Below the pieces are notes generated by a model. That model did no database searches. It was not told the origin of the DNA and saw nothing but the letters and a program-made list of their open reading frames with translations. From positions 1 through 37,796 of the forward strand of contig RQSC01000017.1 of the NCBI GenBank assembly GCA_013416795.1: DNA of 37,796 nt, given 5' to 3'. This document shows, piece by piece, positions 1-8,793 of the stretch. Position 1 is the first letter of the stretch, and every line of letters begins with the position of its first letter. The translations under genes and the position numbers were made by a program. The stretch is from Prasinococcaceae sp. CCMP 1430 (Eukaryota; Plantae; Prasinodermophyta).

Positions 1-23
1 CGCGGCGCGCGGCGGCGCGCGGC

Positions 24-220
24 ATGGCCGGCCAGGCGCCCGCGCAAGCCTCGCAGAAGAAGAAGGCTGTCGAAGGCGTGGAGCAGATGCCCGCCTCGCG
101 CACGCGCAACTTCTCCATCATCGCGCACATCGACCACGGCAAGTCGACGCTCGCCGACAAGCTGCTGCTCCAGACGGGCACCGTCGCCGAGCGCGACATG
201 CAGGAGCAGTTCCTGGACGG

Positions 221-253
<33 letters not shown>

Positions 254-1892
254 CAAGCTGCAGGCGGCGCGCATGCACTACAAGAGCGAGAATGACGGCG
301 AGAACTACTGCCTCAACCTCATCGACACGCCGGGGCACGTCGACTTCGGCTACGAGGTGTCGCGCGCGCTCGCTGCGTGCGAGGGCGCGCTGCTCGTGGT
401 GGACGCCGCGCAGGGCGTCGAGGCGCAGACGCTGGCCAACGTCTACCTGGCGCTGGAGAACGACCTGGAGATCATCCCCGTGCTCAATAAGATCGACCTG
501 CCCGGCGCCGACCCCGACCGCGTGTGCCGCGAGATCGAGGAGTCCATCGGCCTCGACTGCACCGACGCCATCTACGCCTCCGCCAAGCAGGGCCTCGGCA
601 TCGAGGACATTCTGCAGGGCATCGTCGATCGCGTGCCGCCGCCGCCGGACACCACCGAGGAGCCCGCGCGCGCGCTCATCTTCGACTCGTACTACGACCC
701 GTACCGCGGCGTCATCGTCTACTTCCGCGTCATCGACGGCGTGCTGCGCCGCGGCGACAAGGTGCGCATGATGAACACCAACAAGGAGTACGACATCGAC
801 GAGCTGGGCGTGCTCATGCCCGGCGAGAAGCAGGTGAACGAGCTGCGCGCGGGCGAGGTGGGCTACATCTCCGCGTCGATCAAGTCGGTGGCCGACGCGC
901 GCGTCGGCGACACCATCACCCTCGCGCGCCAGCCGGCGGAGGAGGCGCTCGACGGCTATGAGGAGGCCAACCCGATGGTGTTCTGCGGCCTCTTCCCGAC
1001 CGACTCCAACCAGTACCCCGACCTGCGCGACGCGCTCGGCAAGCTGCAGCTCAGCGACGCCGCGCTGCGCTTCGAGCCCGAGAGCAGCAGCGCGATGGGC
1101 TTCGGCTTCCGCTGCGGCTTCCTCGGGCTGCTGCACATGGAAATCGTCCAGGAACGCCTCGAGCGCGAGTACAACCTCGACCTCATCACCACGGCGCCCT
1201 CGGTGGTGTACGAGGTCTACACCTCCGCCGGCGAGATGGTCAGCTGCGACAACCCGGCGACGATGCCCGGCGCGGACGTGCGCGACCGCATCGAGGAGCC
1301 GTACGTGTCCATGGAGATCCTCACGCCCGAGGAGTACGTCGGAACCCTCATGGAGCTCGCCAAGAATCGTCGCGGCGAGTTCAAGGACATGTCGTACCTC
1401 ACCGAAGGGCGCACCAGCCTCAAGTACGAGCTGCCGCTGGCCGAGGTGGTGACCGATTTTTTCGACCAGATGAAGAGCAAGAGCCGCGGCTACGCGTCGA
1501 TGGAGTACAGCCTGCTTGAGTACCGCAAGAGCGACCTCGTGCGCCTCGACATCATGATCAACGGCGAGGTCGCGGAGCCGCTCGCGACCATCTGCCACCG
1601 CGACGCCGCGTTCACGACGGGCCGTAGCCTCACGAAGAAGCTCAAGGAGCTCATCCCACGCCAGATGTTCAAGATCCCCATCCAGGCGGCCATCGGCTCC
1701 AAGATCGTCGCCAGCGAGAGCGTGAGCGCCATGCGCAAGGACGTGCTTGCCAAGTGCTACGGTGGCGACGTTTCGCGCAAGAAGAAGCTCTTGAAGAAGC
1801 AGGCCGAGGGCAAGAAGCGAATGAAGGCCATCGGCAAGGTTAATGTCCCGCAGGAAGCCTTCATGGCAGTGCTCGACTTGAACAAGGAGTGA
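24..1892 (+). CDS. lepA: Translation factor LepA/EF-4 (GUF1 homolog), plastid/cyanobacterial type; the frame stays open to the window edge, so a transit peptide may start upstream
   Basis: Intronless ORF with [17 protein letters not shown] (G1), [10 protein letters not shown] (G3), NKID (G4), [25 protein letters not shown] and the LepA C-terminal [36 protein letters not shown] resembles the cyanobacterial/plastid form. Confidence 0.95.
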
Positions 1893-1900
1893 TTTTTTTG

Positions 1901-1924
1901 TGTAATATGGTGCGGTGTGTGTAA
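1901..1924 (+). terminator. Putative green-algal polyadenylation signals (TGTAA x2) after lepA
   Basis: TGTAA at 1901-1905 and 1920-1924 in a T-rich stretch just after the stop codon. UGUAA is the established chlorophyte poly(A) signal. Confidence 0.5.
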
Positions 1925-2209
1925 TGTTGGCGTTCTGATGTCTTCGTCGCGCGAACGTGTCAGGCCCGCCGCGAGCGCTTGCAGGGATGCGCGGGAAGCA
2001 CGCACACGCCGCGCGCCCCGCCTGACGGCCGCCACACGCTGTGATACGTCCCTTCTTAAACAATATGGTACGAAGGCGCGCTGCTGGGTACAAGTTTGTC
2101 GGACGGCCTCACACTCACTCTTATTCACCGCAGCGGGAGAATATAGTTCTGCTCCGCGCTCTAGCTAGCGCTCTCCCCACCCACGCCGGTGCCGGACGGT
2201 ACGAGCCAC

Positions 2210-3486
2210 TCACGAGCGCCGCGAGGACAGCCTGCTGGAACGGCGAGGCGCGACAGCGGAGGCGGCGGCGCCCGCGTTCTTCGCGGCCTTGGCCTTGGCC
2301 GCCCTCCTGGATCTCGCGGCAGCGGTAGGCGAGGCTGCTTCCGCCAGGGCGCTCTGCACGCCCCCAGAGCCACACGGCGCTTCGACGTCGGTGTCGGTGC
2401 ATGAGGCCTCCGCGGAGACCAGGTGCGGGTTGGGCGCGTATGCAAAGTCACATCGCGCGAGTAGCTCGTCCACGTCTGCGCCGTCGTCGCGGCGCATCTG
2501 CGAAACAAAAAGATGCGTCAGGCGCACGCGCGCACGCACGCAAGAGTTAGCGCGTTGCCATGCAGCGAAATGCGGTGAACGCGCGCGAGGGTGGACATGC
2601 TGTCGCGTGCGCGCGCGCGCGCGCGCACCTTGGACGGCGTCTTTCGCGTGCTTCGGCGCACCGGCGTGAGCACGGCCGCAGTGCCCAGCTCGGTGCGTTC
2701 GGAGGCATTCGCGCGGCGCAGCACGAGAGTGCGGCCGCCGCCAATCGGTGAGCGCTCTGGTGAGCCGAAAGACGCCTGGCACGTCTCGGCGCCAGCGTCG
2801 CAGTCGCTCAGGCGCACACGCTGCGGCGTGCCGCTCACATGCCCTGCCATTGGCACGCGCTGCGGCACATTTACGGCCGCCTCGGCGCCATCATCGACAT
2901 CAGAGGTAGGGATCTCATCCTCCCCGGCATCGAAGAGTGGGTTGGTGGGCGTGTTCGCCATCGCGCGCGCCATCTGGGCCGCCGCGTCGACGGGCGTTCC
3001 TGGCTCGCTGTCGCGCACACTGCCGTCGCTAGTCGCAGGGCTGGGCTGCGCGGGCGATGCGCCGCCGCAGTCGCCGAAGTCGGGGAACGCGACGGCGTCG
3101 GCGTCCGTGTTCAGCTCCTCTGCGGCGCCTTCGCGTTGATCGTACGCTGCGCTCGCCACGCTCGCCATCACGCGCGCGAGCGCGTCCACCGCGAGGGGCG
3201 ACTTGAGGCCGCTCGCGTCGGCGCGCGCGGCGTCGCGCGCGCGCTCGGCGAACATCGCCTTGCCGTGCGGCGTCAGCACGCGGCGCGGCCCCCCGCTCTT
3301 GAGCACGCCCGGCGTGCGCGGTGCGGCCTGCGCGGCCTTTCCCAGCGGCGTACGCAGCGCCGTGTGGCGCCCCTCCCCTCCCCGCCCCCCCCCCCTCTCG
3401 CGCGCGTTTTCGTTTTCGTACGCGCCGCGCCGAGCTAACAACACAACGCCCGCACGATGTTTCGAACGCGGGCCGCAGCCCCGCAT
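2210..3486 (-). CDS. Two-exon, largely disordered protein with a CKAP2-like C-terminal motif; putative mitotic microtubule-associated protein (start codon uncertain)
   Basis: Exon to 2629, intron 2628-2498 (AAG|GTGCGC ... CTGAC ... TTTCGCAG|ATG), exon 2497-2210. The spliced junction reads LTPVRRSTRKTPSK|MRRDDGADVDELLARCDFAYAPNPHL. Many S/T-P sites and an RTPLG D-box-like motif. In-frame ATGs at 3558, 3486 and further downstream. Confidence 0.6.
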
Positions 3487-3559
3487 GCGCTTTGACGAAG
3501 CCCCACCACACCACACAACACCAGACCACACCCACCGGCGGCGCACATATAAATGCATG

Positions 3560-3745
3560 CATAGCTACTGTATGATTTCGATTGTGATTTTGATTTTGAT
3601 TTTGATTTGATTTCGATGGAAAAGCGCCTCAAACAAATTGGGGCGCGCGCGCGATTTCCCCACACACACACACACGCCAAAAAAAAAAAAAAAGAGTCGT
3701 TGGATCGTCCCCCCGACTGCCCAGGTCGAAACGCATGCGCGCGGG
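3560..3745. promoter_or_regulatory. AT-rich core of the divergent promoter between the CKAP2-like gene and Aurora kinase
   Basis: (GATTTT)n-like repeat at ~3574-3616, A15 tract at ~3679-3693 and a 20-bp element at 3722-3741 shared with the aldolase upstream region. Lies between two divergent genes. Confidence 0.55.
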
Positions 3746-4009
3746 GGCGCGCGCGCGGCCGCCGGGCTCGAGACGCAGGCGAGACGCGCGCGGGGCGGAG
3801 AGGCGACCTCGCGCGTGGCCTGGGCGGCTGAGGGGGAGGAGGGGAAGGGGAGAGGGGGCTGGAGCCGCGGGGGAAAGGTTGCGGCAGCCGGGCGGGTGGC
3901 CGAGCGGTGGCGGCGCTCGCGGCGTGGGCGCTCGCACAGGCGGGCGCGGGCGTAAGCGCGAGCGGGCCTGGGGGGTGGGGAGTCGGGGAAGGTGCGGGCG
4001 GGCACAAGG

Positions 4010-5294
4010 ATGGCCGAGGTTGGCAAGGAGAACGCCACGCCGTCGCAGGCAAACGTCGCGGCGGCGGGGGGCGTCGCGGCGGTGACGGGCAAGGCGGGAT
4101 TGCAGGCGCGGCCGCAGTCGGCGTCGCAGGCGACGACGGCGACCGCCGCACAGCAGCAGCAGCAGCATGAGGAGCGCCGCTGGACGCTCGCCGACTTCGA
4201 CATCGGCAAACCTCTGGGGCGCGGCAAGTTCGGCAATGTGTACCTTGCGCGCGAGAAGCGCTCCAAGTACATCGTCGCCCTCAAGGTGCTCTTCAAGGCG
4301 CAGCTGCAGCAGTCGCACGTCGAGCACCAGCTGCGCCGCGAGATCGAGATCCAGAGCCACCTGCGCCACCCCAACATCCTGCGGCTCTTCGGCTACTTCT
4401 ACGACGCCACGCGCGTGTACCTCATCCTGGAGTTCGCCGGCAAGGTGCGAGCGTGCGCTCGGCGGCGCGAGTCGCCCTTTGTTCGCTGGCTCCGCGTGGC
4501 GCCCACGCGCGCCTCGCGAGTGCCCCATTGGCGGTGACGGACCGCGCAACTGACGCCCCAACCTGCGACGCATCACGCCCGCATCACCTACTGCGTTCGT
4601 GCGCGCGTGCAGGGCGAGCTGTACAAGGAGCTCCAGCGGCGAGAGCGCTTCGACGAGCGCAGGTCGGCCACGTACGTTGCGAGCCTGGCCAAGGCGCTCA
4701 AGTACTGCCACTCCAAGCACGTCATCCACAGAGACATCAGTGAGTGCGCGCGCTACGACCCAGGCGCGCGCACGCGCCACGCCGCGCGCACTCATCCATT
4801 TTATCGCGCTCCCTGCCGTCACTGTGTATCGCTGACCGTGCACCGCACCAATCGTGCCATCGCGCCTAACCGTGCTTGCAGAACCGGAGAACCTGCTGCT
4901 GGGCATCAAGGGGGAGCTCAAGATCGCGGACTTCGGTTGGTCCATCCACGCGCCCAACTCGAGGCGGCAGACGCTCTGTGGCACGCTGGACTACCTGCCG
5001 CCGGAGATGGTGGAGGGAAAGGACCATGACGAGGCGGTCGATATCTGGTCGCTCGGCGTGCTGTGCTACGAGTTTCTTGTGGGAACACCCCCCTTCGAGG
5101 CGGCTGGTCACACCGAGACCTACAAGCGCATCCTGCGCGTGTCGTACGAATTCCCTGACCACGTCAGCGACGGTGCGCGCGACCTCATCCGCAAGCTGCT
5201 GGTGAGGGATCCGAAGGCCAGGCTGGACCTCGAGAAGGTCGCTGACCATCCGTGGATCGTCGCCAACGCGGATCCCACTGGTGCGGTGGTGTGA
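4010..5294 (+). CDS. AUR: Aurora kinase (3 exons: 4010-4444, 4613-4739, 4882-5294)
   Basis: Splicing gives [53 protein letters not shown]|[40 protein letters not shown]-terminal KEN box (MAEVGKEN). Canonical GT-AG introns at 4445-4612 and 4740-4881 with CTGAC/CTAAC branch points. Confidence 0.95.
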
Positions 5295-5572
5295 GCAGCG
5301 CCACCCTGTCATTGCTGATCGCGCACCTTCGTGGAAGCCCGCTGCTTGCATGCTCACGACCTGCTCGCCCTTCTAGTCCCTCCTCCAAGAACCTGCGTGG
5401 GCGTGCGCTCAGACGCCGGATCGAGTAATGAAAAGCCCGGTCTTTGTACAGAGCTCGCCCCGGCGCAGCCCATTCGCGACGCGACGAATGTCGCACGCCG
5501 TACACACCTCTCCTGCTAAGGCTACGCCATTTACAACAACGCACAAAGGTCGACGCCCCTCGCCGGTCGTCA

Positions 5573-7033
5573 TCATGAGTTGACGTCCCAGTTGTACGTC
5601 CTGTACTTCACCTTGTACTTGCCACCCGCAACCAGCGCCTTGAGTTTCTTCTGTTTGTCCTCGTCAGCGAAGCCGGCGAGCCACAGCAGCTTCTCGTCAT
5701 CGTTCGCCCCGAAATCCACCGCGTACCACGTGAGCAGCTTGGAGAGCGTCACGGTCCGTTTGGCCTCGTCCACCTCGACCTCGCCGTCGACATGCGCAGC
5801 CGTGGCCGAGTCGAGCGCCTCATCGATATTTTCGGGGGTATACACGCGGATGGGCGGGCATGACTTGGCGCCGCACACGAGCGCGAAGTGGATTCGCGGG
5901 TCGGCCGGCGGGCACGCGATGAAGCGGCGCGGGTCGCTGGAGCCAAATGGGCGCCTGCCGAAGACAGCAGTCGCCACCGGCCGGTTGCCGCGCAGCACGC
6001 CGTTCTCGATTTCGTCGGGCGTGTAGAGGTCGCCGCCGATGCAGTACTGTGTGGTGGAAAACATCTTCAGGCGCGACAGCAGGTTGCTGGGCTCGCCCTT
6101 GGCCGCAATGATGTGCACGATGAGCGCGTTGTACACGTTGATGAAGAACGCCTTCCGCTGGGCGACGCTCAGACCGAAGAGGTCCACGTTCTGAAGCTCG
6201 GCCGAGGCCGCGACGTACGACTTGTAGATGTCGCTCTTGCGCAGCTTGGCGTAGTCGACCTTGCGCCCGCCGTCGGAGAGCGCGGCGTCATACATGGCGA
6301 CAATGGCGCGACGAAGCTCCTCCGCGACCACCGCCGCGGGGCGCGCGGGGCGCGTCCATTTGTAGGCGCCGTTGATCACGCCCGACGGGTAAGGGCGAGG
6401 CTCGTCCTTGTGCAGGCGGTACCTGTGGTCGCTGCCCGCCTTGTCGAGCACCGCGTCGGAGAAGCTCTCGTGGTGCACGAGCCGCGCTGCTGCCAGCTGC
6501 CGCGCGAGCAGCAGCGCGCGGCCGCGGTCGATCTTCTGGCGCTGGGCGATGGCAGACACCAGCGCCTTGCCCGAGAAGTAGCCGTGGTCGCCCTTCGGTA
6601 GAACCTTGCTGTCCTCCAGCGCGGCCGCGAGAGGCTCGAGCAGCTCGTAGTCGTGCGCTGGCGCCGCGGCCTGCGCGGCGCTGGCGGCCTCGACCGCCTT
6701 CTGCGAGTCCGCTTTGGGCGCCGCCGCGTGCAGGGCGGCGGCCTTGAGGACCATCGGCATCTCGGGCGGATCGCTCGCGTCGAGCAGCGGCTTGAGGCCG
6801 TCCTTCTCGAGCAGCGCGTCCAGGTCGTCCGCGCCGCCCACATACGCGCCGTTCACGTAGATCTGCGGCACGGTGCGCTTGCCTGTTTCCTCTCGCAGCG
6901 CCCTGACGAGCCCTGCGTCCTCGCCGACGTTGACGTCGACGAACGGCACATCCAGCTCCGCGAGCTTCGCCTTGGCGCGCTTGCAGAACGGGCACGCCGA
7001 CGTGCCGAACACGACCGCCGGCGGCAGCGCCAT
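5573..7033 (-). CDS. Glutaredoxin-DEP-DUF547 protein (class IV glutaredoxin architecture)
   Basis: N-terminal Grx fold (CPFC, TVPQIY, YVGGADD), a central DEP-like segment (FSGKALVSAI..LARQL..LVHH) and DUF547 motifs (AFFINVYNALIVH, IENGVLRGN, DPRIHFALVCGAKSCPPI, YNWDVN). ATG at 7033 in gcgATGg context. TGTAA on the minus strand at 5535-5531. Confidence 0.85.
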   Translation of the reverse strand: MALPPAVVFGTSACPFCKRAKAKLAELDVPFVDVNVGEDAGLVRALREETGKRTVPQIYVNGAYVGGADDLDALLEKDGLKPLLDASDPPEMPMVLKAAALHAAAPKADSQKAVEAASAAQAAAPAHDYELLEPLAAALEDSKVLPKGDHGYFSGKALVSAIAQRQKIDRGRALLLARQLAAARLVHHESFSDAVLDKAGSDHRYRLHKDEPRPYPSGVINGAYKWTRPARPAAVVAEELRRAIVAMYDAALSDGGRKVDYAKLRKSDIYKSYVAASAELQNVDLFGLSVAQRKAFFINVYNALIVHIIAAKGEPSNLLSRLKMFSTTQYCIGGDLYTPDEIENGVLRGNRPVATAVFGRRPFGSSDPRRFIACPPADPRIHFALVCGAKSCPPIRVYTPENIDEALDSATAAHVDGEVEVDEAKRTVTLSKLLTWYAVDFGANDDEKLLWLAGFADEDKQKKLKALVAGGKYKVKYRTYNWDVNS

Positions 7034-7201
7034 CGCGGCCGGCGCAGCAGGCGCCGCCGCCCGAACCTGGAGGCGGTGGCGAGCTTTGGCATCTCGCCTG
7101 AGAACGCCTTCGGCTAGGAGCAGCGGCGCCGATGGCAACACTTGCAGCGGCTGGCGGCCTGAGGGCAGCGCTGCCGTTTACGTGCGCGCGCTGCGAGGCG
7201 C

Positions 7202-8400
7202 TCACGCCATGACCTTCTCCTCGACGACGGCGACGTGATCGCCATCCGTCGGCCCCTCCCGCTCATAGGTGCCCATTGCCGCAGCTCCCGCGATCTTGAG
7301 CTCCGCCAGGTAAAGCGCCTCCATGGCGGGCAGCTGCAGCTCGCCGTGGCCGCGGCAGAGCTCGAAGAGAGGCATCTGCAGGGCTGCGGACCACGAGAAG
7401 CTGATGTTCCACGGGTCGCGCGAGGTCTTGGCCTTGTTGATGGCAGACAGCCGCGCGGCAGCGTCGGCGAGCGACTGGCCGCCCGAGAGGTAGTTCAGGC
7501 CAGGCATGGCCGTAGGGAAGCACCTGCGCAGGACGTCGAGGTTTGCCTGGGCGATCTCCTCGACGCTGTAGCCCGTCGCGCAGTCGCGCCCCGGGTTGAT
7601 GATGTTGGGCTTGAGGGTGGAGCCCTCCATGTACACGCCGTGGTCGAGCATCGCCTTGTAGAGCTCCGACTGGATCTTCACGTTGATGTAGACGGCGTCC
7701 TCCAGGGTGTGGTCGCCCTTGAGCGAGACGTCGGGCTCGACGATGGGCATGAGGCCCTCCTGCTGGCAGATGAGCGCGTACCGCGCGAGGTCGCGCATGT
7801 TGCACTCGATGACCAGGTCCGACGGCTGGCCGTTGGACATGTCAATCTCGATGGGAGAGCGCCACTTGGCGAAGCGGCAGCCCGCGGCGTAGTACTCGGC
7901 ACAGCGCACGGCGAGCGAGTCGAGTCCCTGCATGACGGTCGCACCGTCCTGTCCGGGCAGCGAGTAGACCTTCAGGTGGGGCTTGACGCCGGGCACGATG
8001 CCGAGCTCGGAGAGCACCTCCGGGAAGAGCTTGCCAGCAAACTTCTCGCTGTCCGACTTCTGGTAGAGCGTCTCTGGGTCGAGAATGGCCTAGAAAACGG
8101 CGCAGCGGCCTGTCAGCGCTGCGTGCATACCAAGGCAGCATAGGTGCGCTGTCAGCACCCATCGCTAGCGTCACGTACCGCGGACAGGAAGTCCGCCGCG
8201 CCGGGAGCCTCGAAGAGCATCTGCCTGTACGCGCGGCGGTTCTCCTCTGTGTTCTCCACGCCGACATTCTCGAAGCGCGCGCCGATGGTCCACGGCCCCT
8301 CGTCGCAAGCGGTGATGCCTTTACCCTCGCGAGCGACCAGCTCAGCGGTCTCCTTGAGCTCCGCCTTGCGCTCCGCCGACAGGTGCGCGCCGTTGTGGCA
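7202..8400 (-). CDS. FBA: Class I fructose-bisphosphate aldolase-like protein, divergent; 5' end unresolved
   Basis: Exon ~8400-8179, intron 8178-8090 (GCG|GTACGT...TTTCTAG|GCC), exon 8089-7202. Motifs GKGITACDE, ENTEENRRAYR, FAKWRS, LARYALICQQEGLMPIVEPD, Schiff-base LKPN and LSGGQS. Confidence 0.85.
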
Positions 8401-8481
8401 CGCGAGCAGTGTCGCGCGCGGCGCCGCGCGGCGCGGCGCCGAGTCCCCTGCGCGCCCCGCAACAGCCGCGCCCCACGTCCG

Positions 8482-8538
8482 CCGCGCATGCGTTTCGACC
8501 TGCGCCCCATCCCGCGCATGCGTTTCGACCTGCGCCCC
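8482..8538 (-). repeat. Tandem duplication (27-bp identical core, 30-bp period) containing CAGGTCGAAACGCATGCGCG
   Basis: ccgcgcatgcgtttcgacctgcgcccc at 8482-8508 and 8512-8538. Confidence 0.9.
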
Positions 8539-8793
8539 GGCCGGCGCGCGCGCAGCACACGCGCCCGCGCCGCCGAGGCCGCGAAGGAGAAAAACGCTTG
8601 CCAAAAAAAAAAAAAGATGACGAGAATGGTATCGCGAATTTTGGATGAGGCAGTGGAGACCGTCCTCGAAGGGTGCTACGGTATGACGACGACAGGCGGA
8701 GCGGGGCAGCGCCGGCGCCCGGCGCGGGGGTGGGGGCTCCGCGCGCGGCGACGTGGGCAGGGAGGAGGGTGGAGATGGAGCAGGGAGGCTCTC

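Noticed and set aside
24-1892. LepA and men genes as evidence of bacterial DNA or recent horizontal transfer
   Set aside because: They are embedded among intron-containing eukaryotic genes with similar codon style. Nuclear-encoded plastid LepA and PHYLLO are established in green lineages.
3355-8395. Systematic ACG (non-AUG) initiation: ACG-GC near the 5' ends of the CKAP2-like, glutaredoxin and aldolase genes
   Set aside because: ACGGC is common at this GC content, two of the genes have usable in-frame ATGs, and the aldolase ACG is out of frame.
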